Positions 1 through 10,093 of a stretch of 64,000 nucleotides of DNA are shown piece after piece (the first letter of the stretch is position 1; each line of letters starts with the position of its first letter). The translations under genes and the position numbers were made by a program. Source of the stretch: an uncultured Acidobacteriaceae bacterium (GTDB taxonomy: Bacteria > Acidobacteriota > Terriglobia > Terriglobales > Acidobacteriaceae); the NCBI GenBank assembly GCA_963843655.1, contig CAWJLD010000006.1:83255-147254 (forward strand), read 5' to 3'. The notes beneath the pieces are model-generated. The model was not told the origin of the DNA. It made no database searches and saw only the letters and a program-made list of their open reading frames with translations.

Positions 1-81
1 CGGGAACCTCAGCAACCAGAGACTAACATACAATCGTAAACACTCTATTTCACTCGTCACTGTGTGTATTTATGTCTCCTC

Positions 82-1122
82 ATGAGCATTCAAGGCACAT
101 CTTTGCCCAATCCGCCAAGACGCATCGAAGTGATCCACTACCTGCGTGGATTGGCATCGCTCGCAGTCGCATGGTTCCATCTCACGAATCAGTGGTCAGA
201 TGGAATCAGGGTTAGCGGGCAATATGGCTGGCTCGGAGTTGAGGTCTTCTTCGTTATCTCTGGGTTTGTTATTCCCTATTCGATTTCGATAACCTACGAG
301 AACTACTCGGCAAGCGCCTTTACGAGTTTTATTTCAAGGCGCCTTGTGCGCATAGAAGTGCCATACATAACAAGCATCGCTTTGGTAATCGTTCTTGGAC
401 ATCTTTCCGCGCTCGCACCGGGCTTTCGTGGGATACCACCGAATTACACAGTTGCAGATGTAGTATCGAACATCTTTTATATGGCTGGGTGGACGGGTCA
501 AAAGTGGTTGCAACCCGTGTACTGGACTCTGGCATACGAATTTGCCTTTTACCTGACAATTGGACTTCTGTATAGTGTTCTATTCGAGAAGAGGCGTCCA
601 CTAGCATATTGCTTGGCAGTGGGCGTACTCTTAGCGGGGGTCATCTGGGGAGCAATAAATTATCTGGTTCTTCTTTTCGTAATGGGTTCTGCAATATTTG
701 CGTATGTGAAGGATCGTAAGCAATATCTTGCAGCGATGAGCGCTCTCATTGCTTGTGCCATCGCGATTGCGCTGGCCGGCAATTCAGTCATTGCCTCAAT
801 TGGGCTAATAACCGCGACCATCATTGGATTCGGAAGGGCCTTTCATGTGAATGGATATCTCGGAAGAGTACTGACGTACCTGGGAACAATCTCATATTCC
901 CTCTATCTGGTCCATGTTCCTATTGGAGGGCGTGTGGTCAATCTAGCATCTCGGTTTACTCATGACCAATTGGGACATCTATTTGTGTATGGTATGGCAT
1001 TGACGATTGCAGTCTCTTGCGCACACATATTCTATGTCTACATTGAGCGGCCAGCACTACGTAAGGCACGGCAACTCGTCTATGTGCGCATAGGCCGCCA
1101 AGAAAGAGAACTTGCACACTAA
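82..1122 (+). CDS. Acyltransferase family 3 (OafA-like membrane O-acyltransferase)
   Basis: Motifs LRGLASLAV..FH, GVEVFFVISGF, YWTLAYEFAFY, LGTISYSLYLVH, YIERP; about 10 hydrophobic segments. ATG at 82 preferred over GTG at 64. Confidence 0.9.
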   Translation: MSIQGTSLPNPPRRIEVIHYLRGLASLAVAWFHLTNQWSDGIRVSGQYGWLGVEVFFVISGFVIPYSISITYENYSASAFTSFISRRLVRIEVPYITSIALVIVLGHLSALAPGFRGIPPNYTVADVVSNIFYMAGWTGQKWLQPVYWTLAYEFAFYLTIGLLYSVLFEKRRPLAYCLAVGVLLAGVIWGAINYLVLLFVMGSAIFAYVKDRKQYLAAMSALIACAIAIALAGNSVIASIGLITATIIGFGRAFHVNGYLGRVLTYLGTISYSLYLVHVPIGGRVVNLASRFTHDQLGHLFVYGMALTIAVSCAHIFYVYIERPALRKARQLVYVRIGRQERELAH

Positions 1123-1302
1123 GAGAATTGTGCTGGTATTGAATGCGAATTCTGCAGCGCCTGCAACGCTTATGACCGCATTGGCGCCACGATAGAATCG
1201 AAGACCTTTTTTACGACACAGCTTCCGTTCACGGATCATTTCCCCAAATGACAATCCGGTCTGCCGACCAAGCCTATTTCATTTCGTCATGATGGCCTCG
1301 AT

Positions 1303-2154
1303 ATGCAACCTCTGGACACTCTTTCGTTTATCATTCAGCATCCGCTCGGGAAACAACATCCCGTTGCAGCCTTGAACAGGTTTTTGCGCTGGCAGATCAT
1401 AAGCCGATTTCGAGATGAAACTACCGTCAACTGGATCGATGGGGCTGTTCTGGGCGTAAAGCGAGGCATGACGGGGGCAACCGGTAATATCTACTGTGGC
1501 TTGCACGAATTTGTTGAGATGGCGTTTCTGCTCCATCTACTGCGGCCAGGCGATCTCTTTCTTGATATTGGCGCGAATGTCGGCAGTTATACCGTACTTG
1601 CCTCGAAAGTTTGCGGTGCAAATTCGATTGCATTCGAACCCGATCCTAAGACAGCGCAGGCGCTCCGCCGTAACGTTTCTCTTAATGAGATTGAAGATCG
1701 CGTGCAGGTGAAACAGATTGCTCTCGGTGCACATAACGGCGAAATCCCCTTCACCGTTGGTCTCGACACCATGAATCGCGTGGCAACAGTAAACGATCAA
1801 ACTTCGCAGGTCGTCGCTGTCAAGCGACTCGATGACATACCCGGAGTCGGAAGTACTGTTTTCGCGAAGCTTGATGTTGAGGGATTCGAAGATGAAGTCA
1901 TAATGGGTGGGATGACTGTACTATCATCACCTAATCTGCTTGCCATTCAATCCGAGTCCTGCAACTCTCATATGCTGGAAGCGCTAAACAAGAACGGCTT
2001 CGAAAAATATTTCTATGACCCGATCTCACGTGCAATTGCAAAGAAGCCATTTGATTACAGAACCTCAAACGACCTCTTTGTAAGAGACGTAGAACAGGTA
2101 GCGCATCGGTTGGAGCAATCTCAACGGCGTAGAGTGTACGAAAGTATCATCTAA
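1303..2154 (+). CDS. FkbM family SAM-dependent methyltransferase
   Basis: FLDIGANVGSYT, AFEP and KLDVEGFE motifs. Confidence 0.92.
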   Translation: MQPLDTLSFIIQHPLGKQHPVAALNRFLRWQIISRFRDETTVNWIDGAVLGVKRGMTGATGNIYCGLHEFVEMAFLLHLLRPGDLFLDIGANVGSYTVLASKVCGANSIAFEPDPKTAQALRRNVSLNEIEDRVQVKQIALGAHNGEIPFTVGLDTMNRVATVNDQTSQVVAVKRLDDIPGVGSTVFAKLDVEGFEDEVIMGGMTVLSSPNLLAIQSESCNSHMLEALNKNGFEKYFYDPISRAIAKKPFDYRTSNDLFVRDVEQVAHRLEQSQRRRVYESII

Positions 2155-2397
2155 CTTTATGTCTGAAGCAATATCGCGTGCGTCGGCAATCTTGAATCAT
2201 CAAACCACATGCGCAACCAACTCGCGCATGACGCCGATTGGCCGGGAATGGCTCGCAGTCTTGAAATCCGTACTCCACTAGTCGACTGCAAATTGGATGA
2301 AACGCGCAACCGGTCCAGCAACTCTCACCACTATGCGCTACAACTTTCGTAATTTGTCTAGGCTTGCGTTCAATCGATTTGCTGCGCCATTCGCTGT

Positions 2398-3486
2398 TTG
2401 TGCCGCATGAGGATGAAGATGTTAGCGCTCGTCACAGACGCATTTGGAGGGCGCGGCGGTATCGCACAATACAATCGCGACTTTCTTTCTACCCTCGCTT
2501 CTGCAGGCTCCTCAGTTGTTGTACTTCCACGCCTTGCACCAGATGAGGAAAAGCCGCCAAGCGGAATCGAACAGCGCGCAGCAAGATTCGAGAGGCTTCC
2601 TTATTCACGCGCCGTCATGTCAGAGTCAATTCGAATGAAACCGGACATAGTCTTCTGCGGGCATATTTACATGGCGCAGCTAAGTTGGATCGCAGCAAAG
2701 CTTGCAGGTGCAAAGCTGGTGCTCCAGGCTCACGGAATTGATGCGTGGCCCAGGCCATCCAGATTGACGCACAGGGCTTGCGAACAAGTAACAATGATCC
2801 TTTCGGTCTCGCGCTATACGCGCGATCGCATTCTTGATTGGGCTGCCATACCTCCCGAACGTGTGGTGGTGATACCAAATACTGTTTCAGATTGCTTCAC
2901 GCCCGGTGACGGGACAGCCCTTCGCCGTGAATGGAGTCTGGAAGGCAAGAAGGTTCTACTTACTGTCGGCCGCATGCCCTCGAAAGACCGTTGCAAAGGA
3001 CAGGATCGTGTGATTGAGTCTCTTCCAGCGCTCATCGCTGTCGGGCACGATGTCGTATATATCGTCTCCGGTCAAGGCGCTGATCGGCCGCGTCTGGAAC
3101 AGCTCGCTCACGAGACTGGCGTAAGCGAACGAGTGCGCTTTGTAGGCGCCCTGCCCCACGAGAAGCTGATCGAAGCGTATCGCATGGCCGATCTCTTCGT
3201 GATGCCGTCCACAACCGAAGGCTTCGGCATAGTCTTCCTGGAAGCCATGGCATGCGGCACACCAGCGATGGGCTTAGATGCAGATGGATCGCGTGATGCG
3301 CTTGCGGATGGCGAGCTGGGCACATTTGCCGACCCGAATGACCTTGCCGGATCCATATCCAAAGCACTATCGCGTCCCAAGCCAAACCCAGATGCGCTGT
3401 ATGCTGCGGTGCAAGCGCGCTTCGGCCACGCTTCATTCCGCGCCCACATTACTTCCACTTTCACGGAGATATTGAAATCTGCATGA
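2398..3486 (+). CDS. Glycosyltransferase family 4
   Basis: GGIAQY N-terminus, LTVGR, EGFGIVFLEAMACGTP (EX7E). The start may be one of the ATGs a few codons downstream. Confidence 0.92.
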   Translation: MCRMRMKMLALVTDAFGGRGGIAQYNRDFLSTLASAGSSVVVLPRLAPDEEKPPSGIEQRAARFERLPYSRAVMSESIRMKPDIVFCGHIYMAQLSWIAAKLAGAKLVLQAHGIDAWPRPSRLTHRACEQVTMILSVSRYTRDRILDWAAIPPERVVVIPNTVSDCFTPGDGTALRREWSLEGKKVLLTVGRMPSKDRCKGQDRVIESLPALIAVGHDVVYIVSGQGADRPRLEQLAHETGVSERVRFVGALPHEKLIEAYRMADLFVMPSTTEGFGIVFLEAMACGTPAMGLDADGSRDALADGELGTFADPNDLAGSISKALSRPKPNPDALYAAVQARFGHASFRAHITSTFTEILKSA

Positions 3487-4328
3487 GCAGTGTTGCCGCT
3501 CCCAGCGAGCATATTCTTATTCTCGAAGCAGGCCGCGCTGAGAAACATTATTGGCGCGACATCTGGAACTACCGCGAGCTCTTCGCCATCCTGGCATGGC
3601 GAGACGTTTCTGTCCGCTACAAGCAGACGATGATCGGTGTGGCGTGGGCGCTTGTGCAGCCATTTCTAACCATGCTGGTTTTCACTATCGTGTTCAGCCG
3701 CGTGGCTAAACTGCCCAGCGAAGGCAGCGCGCCGTATCCCATTATGGTCTATGCAGGCATGCTTCCCTGGTACTTGTTCTCTTCAGTCTTGAGCGGAGCT
3801 GCGGCCAGCCTGGTTTCAAGCGCCAACCTTATCGGCAAGGTCTATTTCCCTCGCATCATTGTGCCGTCGGCCACCGCAGTGGTGTCACTTGTGGACTTCG
3901 GAATAAGCCTTCTTCTGCTCGGCGGTCTGATGGCATGGTTCCGCTTTGTGCCAAGTTGGCACATGATCTTCCTGCCGTTCTTCATCGCTCTTGCTATATT
4001 GGCAAGCCTGGGACCGGCTCTGCTCATGACGGCAATGAACGTGAAGTATCGAGATTTCCGCTACATCATCCCGTTTATTGTGCAGTTTGGCATCTATGTG
4101 TCTCCGGTAGGATTTTCAAGCTCGGTTGTGCCGGCGAAGTGGCGCTTCTGGTACAGCCTGAACCCGGTGGTAAGCTCGATTGACGGTTTTCGCTGGTGCG
4201 TCCTCGGCGGACAAAGCGCGATCTATCTGCCCGGGTTCCTGCTCAGTCTTGGTATCGTTGCTCTCTTCCTGTGGATAGGCATCGCCTATTTCCGCCGCAC
4301 AGAAAAAACATTCGCGGATTTGATCTGA
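3483..4328 (+). CDS. wzm: Polysaccharide ABC transporter permease Wzm
   Basis: WRDVSVRYKQTMIGVAWALVQP, KVYFPR, YSLNP motifs; six TM segments; ATGA overlap with the upstream gene. Confidence 0.93.
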   Translation: MSSVAAPSEHILILEAGRAEKHYWRDIWNYRELFAILAWRDVSVRYKQTMIGVAWALVQPFLTMLVFTIVFSRVAKLPSEGSAPYPIMVYAGMLPWYLFSSVLSGAAASLVSSANLIGKVYFPRIIVPSATAVVSLVDFGISLLLLGGLMAWFRFVPSWHMIFLPFFIALAILASLGPALLMTAMNVKYRDFRYIIPFIVQFGIYVSPVGFSSSVVPAKWRFWYSLNPVVSSIDGFRWCVLGGQSAIYLPGFLLSLGIVALFLWIGIAYFRRTEKTFADLI

Positions 4329-5662
4329 TGGCAAACGATATTGTTATCCGGGCCGAGGGACTCGGGAAAAAATATGTGATTGGCCACGAGGTCCAGCGCG
4401 AGCGCTACGTGGCGCTGCGCGACGTCATCGCGCGCAGCGCTCGTTCGGCCGCGCGCAAAGTAGCCGACATGGCAAAGGGGCGCATTGTCGTACCGGGCGA
4501 CGAGACGGAAGAGTTCTGGGCGTTGAAGGATGTCAACTTCGAGGTCAAGCGCGGCGAGGTCCTCGGCATCATCGGGCGTAACGGAGCCGGCAAGTCCACG
4601 TTGCTCAAAATCCTCTCGCGGATTACCGAGCCGACAGAAGGCCGGGTCACCATCAAGGGCCGCGTTGCGAGCCTGCTCGAAGTGGGCACCGGTTTTCATC
4701 CGGAGCTGACGGGACGAGAGAACATCTACCTCAACGGCGCCATCCTCGGCATGTCGCGCGCCGAGATCAAGCGCAAGTTCGATGAGATCGTGGCCTTTGC
4801 CGATGTGGAGAGATTCCTCGACACGCCGGTGAAGCGCTACTCCTCCGGCATGTACGTCCGGCTGGCATTTGCCGTGGCCGCACACCTTGAGCCCGAGATC
4901 CTGATCGTGGACGAAGTCCTCTCCGTGGGCGACGCAGAGTTCCAGAAGAAGTGTCTGGGCAAGATGGGCGAGGTGGCCAGCGGAGGCAGGACCGTCCTCT
5001 TTGTCAGCCACAATATCGGGTCATTGCAGGCTATTTGTGAAAGCGGAATTCTTTTGAGTAACGGCCACCTCTCCTCTCGCGGAGAAATCGGCGAAGTAGC
5101 GAAAGTGTACCGGACAAGCGCGATAGATAAGTCCGGCTTGAATGCGCGGGCATTTGCAGGGCCGCTTCGTTCGGTTCAATTCGGGAGCGTTTGGCTCAAT
5201 GGAGAGCAGACGAGTACTTACTGTTCCGTACAGCCCGATGCTGCACTTGAATTCTCTATTCACGGTCAAGCCGAAGTCGCAGTCGCAAACTGTCAGTTTC
5301 TGTTCAGCATCTTCGCGGATGGTGCACGTGTAGTGACTGTGCACCATGGTCCCCAGATGCTGCATGCCGGAGAATTCGAATTCAAGATAGCGATTCCGCC
5401 TCAGATGTTGAGGCCCGGCATTTACTCGATTGCAATGGGCGCTCGAAGCAAGTCTTCCCATGATTGGATATGGGGAACAGATCTCCTTCAAATGGAAGTT
5501 ATCCCCGAATGGAGCGAGACTTTTCACATGGACGATATCGGTTTGATCAATTTGCCGTCGAGTGCCTGCAGGCTTGTAAGCAACGGACAGTCTATAGGTT
5601 CAACTGACACTATGGAATTGGCTCCGACCGCCCCAACCGCAAGTGAGAATAACTGCGCCTGA
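4328..5662 (+). CDS. wzt: Polysaccharide ABC transporter ATPase Wzt with C-terminal carbohydrate-binding-type extension
   Basis: Walker A GRNGAGKST, YSSGMYVRLAFAVAAH, ILIVDE; C-terminal extension ending LRPGIYSI...; TGATG coupling gives the start at 4328. Confidence 0.93.
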   Translation: MANDIVIRAEGLGKKYVIGHEVQRERYVALRDVIARSARSAARKVADMAKGRIVVPGDETEEFWALKDVNFEVKRGEVLGIIGRNGAGKSTLLKILSRITEPTEGRVTIKGRVASLLEVGTGFHPELTGRENIYLNGAILGMSRAEIKRKFDEIVAFADVERFLDTPVKRYSSGMYVRLAFAVAAHLEPEILIVDEVLSVGDAEFQKKCLGKMGEVASGGRTVLFVSHNIGSLQAICESGILLSNGHLSSRGEIGEVAKVYRTSAIDKSGLNARAFAGPLRSVQFGSVWLNGEQTSTYCSVQPDAALEFSIHGQAEVAVANCQFLFSIFADGARVVTVHHGPQMLHAGEFEFKIAIPPQMLRPGIYSIAMGARSKSSHDWIWGTDLLQMEVIPEWSETFHMDDIGLINLPSSACRLVSNGQSIGSTDTMELAPTAPTASENNCA

Positions 5663-5735
5663 ACAAAGCATTGGCGACTTGAGCAATGAAACTAGTCAAG
5701 ACACTGATTCTATTCTAACCCGCTAGTCATTCCTA

Positions 5736-7067
5736 ATGCGGCTCCTCATCCTCACACCCGAGTTCGGCAGTTCCGGAGGTGGCATCGCTACCTTCTATCG
5801 AACGCTGGCGCGGCATTGTCGGTCGCTCGGGGTCAGCGTCTCAGTCATTGAAGGCAGCGGTTTGCATGCGGAGCAGCATGCGACGCCTATCAAACTGGAT
5901 GGAGTTCATGTTGAGGTTTTGGAGCGGGCGCGGCTTGATGCATGGTTTGCGCAGTTCGAACGGTTTGAAGCGATGCCGACGCTGCGCAGGCATCTTGCCG
6001 CGGCCTGGGCCATGTGGGAGCAGGCAGATTTTGGCCGGGACTTCGACGTTGTGGAAGCCTGTGACTGGGGACTGCTGTTCGTTCCGCCGGCAATTGAAGC
6101 GTCACGACCGCTCGTTGTGCAATGCCATGGCAGCGCCGGCCAGATTGCCGTTCACGATCCTGTGGCAGGCGAAGAGGCTTGTGCCGTAACGACGCGCCTT
6201 TTGGAACGCTCGTGCATGGCAGAGGCGCAGATCGTTGAAACTTACAGCCGGGCAAATGCGAAGTTCTGGCGCGAAGAAACCGGGCGTGAAGTAGTTGCGA
6301 TTCCTCCGGCCTGGAGTCGCGGGCCGCTGCCAGACTCCCCTTCCCCCTCGGGCCGGGGCCTGGTGGTTGGGCGCGTTCAGCGCTGGAAAGGGCCGCAAGT
6401 TCTTTGTGAAGCTCTGAGGCTTCTTGGAGAGCGTGCACCTGTGGTCGATTGGGTTGGGCGTGACACCGTCTGGGGAACGCGGGGGGCCTCCTCCGCCGCT
6501 CATCTTGCTTCCGCCTATCCTGAAATTTGGGGGCGGAAGGTCATCCAACATCCGCAGGTCACGCCTGCCGAAGTTGCCTTTAGGCAGCGGGCAGCCATGT
6601 TCAATCTGGTTCCCTCCACATGGGATGTGTTCAACTTCACGGCAGTCGAAGCGATGGCATCGGGGCGGCCGGCTATTGTGTCAACCGGAGCGGGAGCAAG
6701 CGAACTGATCGAGGACGGTACGAACGGGTTTCTATTTCCGGCGGGCGATGCTGTGGCGCTGGCGACGGTGCTGGATCGTGTTTTGTCCGAATCACCCGAG
6801 AGCCTTGCCGAGATTGGACGGGCTGCGCAGCTGACTGTGTGTTCCGCGCTCGACCCCGAAAAGATCGCCAGACAGCGGATCGCAGCCTACCAGGCAGCGA
6901 TTGACGATTTTGTGCAGCGACCTCCGGTTCCGGTTGGCGGCTGGCTCGGCGACATCTGCAGGCCGGGTCAATCGTCGTCAGACCAGATGGCATTCCTCGA
7001 AGGTTTCCCGCTTCGGCATCTGGCAAAACATGTGGCGCAACGCACCGTAAGCAAGATTCTAAAATGA
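5736..7067 (+). CDS. Glycosyltransferase family 4
   Basis: GGGIATF, VGRVQRWKG, DVFNFTAVEAMASGRP. Confidence 0.88.
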   Translation: MRLLILTPEFGSSGGGIATFYRTLARHCRSLGVSVSVIEGSGLHAEQHATPIKLDGVHVEVLERARLDAWFAQFERFEAMPTLRRHLAAAWAMWEQADFGRDFDVVEACDWGLLFVPPAIEASRPLVVQCHGSAGQIAVHDPVAGEEACAVTTRLLERSCMAEAQIVETYSRANAKFWREETGREVVAIPPAWSRGPLPDSPSPSGRGLVVGRVQRWKGPQVLCEALRLLGERAPVVDWVGRDTVWGTRGASSAAHLASAYPEIWGRKVIQHPQVTPAEVAFRQRAAMFNLVPSTWDVFNFTAVEAMASGRPAIVSTGAGASELIEDGTNGFLFPAGDAVALATVLDRVLSESPESLAEIGRAAQLTVCSALDPEKIARQRIAAYQAAIDDFVQRPPVPVGGWLGDICRPGQSSSDQMAFLEGFPLRHLAKHVAQRTVSKILK

Positions 7068-8089
7068 GTCCGAAGCCAACTCTTGCCCTGCTGATTCCGG
7101 CCTATAACGCGGCGGCCTATCTGCCGCGGCTGCTCGATTCTGCTGCCCGGCAGACCAAGCCGTTCGACGAGATCTGGGTCTACGACGATTGCTCGACAGA
7201 CGATACGGCAGAAGTGGCCAAGCATTTTGGCGCCCGCGTTTTGCACGGGGAAGTGAACCGTGGATGCAGCCACGGCAAGAATATGTTGGCCGCATCGACT
7301 TCTGCGGAATGGATCCATTTTCACGACGCAGATGACGAGCTGTATCCGAATTTTGTGACGTTGGCGCAAAGGTGGATGGAATCCGGCACGTCAGATGTCG
7401 TGCTGTTTCCCTACGAAGAGCGGGAGGGCGATTCCGACGCGCAAATTGCATTTCGAAGGTTTGATCCAGAAGACGTCGCTCGCGATTCGCGATCTTACGC
7501 AATTCGTGTGCAGATCAATCCATTCTGCGGCCTCTATCGCCGCGAGGCTTTCATTCGCGCCGGCGGCTATGACGAAGATCCTGCCGTGCTCTACAACGAG
7601 GATGTAGCCATGCACATCTCGCTCGCGTTCGAAGGACTTTCCTTCTCTGCGGATACAGAAGTGGCCATCATTAACCACCGGTATCTGAATTCAATGTCGG
7701 CGGCAAATCGGCTGAGGTGCCTCCGAGCACAATACAGTGTCATGCTCAAAACCTCGAAGAGAAACGGCGCCGAGCGATACGGCATTGAAATTGCCGACAG
7801 GCTTTGGGATATTGCGGCAGGGTTGGCAGCCGAGCTCGATTGGGAGACAGCCGATAATGCAGCGCAACTTGCTACACGCATGGCCGGCCTGTCGAGACTT
7901 CCATCAGGACGCCTGTTTCGAAATCTCTGCCGTATTTCGCCGCGGGGGGCACTTCGAGTTCGAGAGTGGCTTATTCGCCTCTTCAAGCCGGCACTTCGCA
8001 GGAGCTATCCTGGCTGGCGCTCCGGAGTCGCAAATCGCCCGCAACGGACTGGCAACGCTGCTGCCTGCAATACGGAGCCAATACTTTGA
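7064..8089 (+). CDS. Glycosyltransferase family 2
   Basis: LIPAYNAA, YDDCSTD, FHDADD (DxD). Confidence 0.92.
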   Translation: MSPKPTLALLIPAYNAAAYLPRLLDSAARQTKPFDEIWVYDDCSTDDTAEVAKHFGARVLHGEVNRGCSHGKNMLAASTSAEWIHFHDADDELYPNFVTLAQRWMESGTSDVVLFPYEEREGDSDAQIAFRRFDPEDVARDSRSYAIRVQINPFCGLYRREAFIRAGGYDEDPAVLYNEDVAMHISLAFEGLSFSADTEVAIINHRYLNSMSAANRLRCLRAQYSVMLKTSKRNGAERYGIEIADRLWDIAAGLAAELDWETADNAAQLATRMAGLSRLPSGRLFRNLCRISPRGALRVREWLIRLFKPALRRSYPGWRSGVANRPQRTGNAAACNTEPIL

Positions 8090-9033
8090 GCGCGCCGCTT
8101 GTCTCCGTCCTCATCCCCTGCTACAACGCCGGGAAGTATATTGGCGAAACGCTGGAGTCGGTGTTCAAGCAGACGTGGCAGAACCTCGAGGTCATCGTAG
8201 TCGACGACGGTTCGAAGGATAACAGCGCCAATGTGGTCCGCAGCTTTTGCAGAAAGAATCTCAAACTGGTAGAACAGCCCAATCGCGGCCAGACGGCGGC
8301 GCTGAACGCCTGCCTTGTTCATGCCAGAGGTGATCTGGTTCAGTATCTCGATGCGGACGACTTGCTTGCACCGGACAAAATCGAGTTGCAAATCGCACGG
8401 CTTATGAAAGCGCCTGGAGTTATCGCCAGCGCCGAATGGGGCAGGTTTTACCAGACACCTGACGAGACACGCTTTATACCCGACTCAACATGGACAGATC
8501 TTGATCCGCTCGGTTGGCTGAGTTTGTCTCGTTCAAGCGGGCTTGGCATGATGTTTCCTGCGCTATGGCTCATACCAATGCAGATTGTGCGTACGATAGG
8601 TCCGTGGCGCGAAGAGCTATCGTTGAACAACGATGCCGAATACTTTACGCGGGCGCTGCTTGCAGCAGATCGTGTGCTGTTTTGCCCTGGCGCGCGCTGC
8701 TATTACCGCTCGGGGCTGGCGGGCAGCCTGTCGGGACGAAAGACGCCCGCCGGATGGGCTTCACAAGTCCGTGTTCTGGATCTATGCGAGGGTTACGTAA
8801 GAGCACGCGAAGACAGCGAGCGCGTTCGTCGAGGCTTCGCTCTGTCGTGGCAGCACGTAGCGCACGCCTGCTACCCATACGACCGGCGCGCAGCAAAATA
8901 TGCCCTCGGGCGCGCCAGAGCGCTGCATGGCGTGGTCATCAAGCCGGATGGTGGACCGACGTTCCACCTGGTTTCGCGTCTGATTGGATGGCGACTGGCA
9001 AGAATGTTGCAGGTGGCGAGTGGGAGACCGTGA
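8086..9033 (+). CDS. Glycosyltransferase family 2
   Basis: VSVLIPCYNA, VDDGSKD, YLDADD; TTG start at 8086 overlaps the upstream TGA. Confidence 0.92.
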   Translation: MSAPLVSVLIPCYNAGKYIGETLESVFKQTWQNLEVIVVDDGSKDNSANVVRSFCRKNLKLVEQPNRGQTAALNACLVHARGDLVQYLDADDLLAPDKIELQIARLMKAPGVIASAEWGRFYQTPDETRFIPDSTWTDLDPLGWLSLSRSSGLGMMFPALWLIPMQIVRTIGPWREELSLNNDAEYFTRALLAADRVLFCPGARCYYRSGLAGSLSGRKTPAGWASQVRVLDLCEGYVRAREDSERVRRGFALSWQHVAHACYPYDRRAAKYALGRARALHGVVIKPDGGPTFHLVSRLIGWRLARMLQVASGRP

Positions 9034-9049
9034 AAGCTCCGTGCCCCAC

Positions 9050-10084
9050 ATGCGTATTGTGCTTACTGCCGACCCGGAGCTTCCGGTACCGCCAAAGCAC
9101 TACGGCGGGATCGAGCGCATCGTGGACATGCTGGCTCGCGGTCTTGTAGCTCGTGGTCATGAGGTCACCCTGTTCGCACATACGGAAAGCGCAAGCGCGG
9201 GGCGTCTGGTTCCCTGGCCCGGAGCTTCAAGTGTGTCATCCGCGGATACCATGCGCAACGCTGCGACGCTGGCACGTTGGATGATGCGCAACCGCGTCGA
9301 TATTGTGCACTCGTTTTCACGCATTGCTTATCTCACGCCGATTCTGCCGATGGGGCTGCCAAAGCTCATGACCTACCAGCGCGCGATCAGCCCGCGTACC
9401 GTTCGGCTTGGCCATGCGCTCTCGGGTGGAACGCTGGCATTCACAGCCATCAGCCAATGGATGATGCAGCATGTGAAGCATATCGGCTGCTGGACCATGA
9501 TTCCGAATGGCGTGCCGCTCGATGCTTATGCATTTCGTCCAACTGTGGCGCCCGATGCACCTCTGGTTTTCCTTGGCCGGATCGAAGAGATCAAAGGGCC
9601 GCATCTCGCAATCGAAATCGCAAGGCGTTCAGGCCGTCGGCTGATCATTGCCGGCAATATCCCCGATGAAAAACGAGACTGGGTTGAGGCACATGTTATG
9701 CCGCATGTCGACGGAGACTGGGTTCGCTATATCGGGCCGGTTGACGATGAACAGAAGAATGCGCTGCTGGGCGAAGCAGCAGCGTTTCTGATGCCAATTC
9801 TGTGGGAGGAGCCCTTCGGCATTGTGATGGCGGAAGCTATGGCTTGCGGCACACCGGTGCTGGGACTGGCACGAGGCGCCGTACCGGAGGTTGTCAAACA
9901 CGGAGTGACAGGTTTTGTGGAGCGAGATCTCGACGGACTTGTTGCGGCGGTCGATCGCATTCCCTCACTCGACAGGTGCGCTTGCCGCGAGCGAGTCGAA
10001 ACGCTTTACAGTGATGAGGCAGTTGTAGCAACTTATGAAGCGCACTATCGCAGCTTGATCGCGCAGCGACAGAGGGTGTCTTAA
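9050..10084 (+). CDS. Glycosyltransferase family 4
   Basis: VPPKHYGGIERIV, FLGRIEEIKG, WEEPFGIVMAEAMACGTP; ATG at 9050. Confidence 0.93.
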   Translation: MRIVLTADPELPVPPKHYGGIERIVDMLARGLVARGHEVTLFAHTESASAGRLVPWPGASSVSSADTMRNAATLARWMMRNRVDIVHSFSRIAYLTPILPMGLPKLMTYQRAISPRTVRLGHALSGGTLAFTAISQWMMQHVKHIGCWTMIPNGVPLDAYAFRPTVAPDAPLVFLGRIEEIKGPHLAIEIARRSGRRLIIAGNIPDEKRDWVEAHVMPHVDGDWVRYIGPVDDEQKNALLGEAAAFLMPILWEEPFGIVMAEAMACGTPVLGLARGAVPEVVKHGVTGFVERDLDGLVAAVDRIPSLDRCACRERVETLYSDEAVVATYEAHYRSLIAQRQRVS

Positions 10085-10093
10085 CGCTACAAC

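Noticed and set aside
2155-2397. Repeated GCGCAACC in the glycan-locus gap; possible JUMPstart/ops element
   Set aside because: Only two 8-bp copies and no GGCGGTAG ops motif
4286-5011. 241-aa minus-strand ORF
   Set aside because: Antisense shadow of the conserved wzt ATPase region
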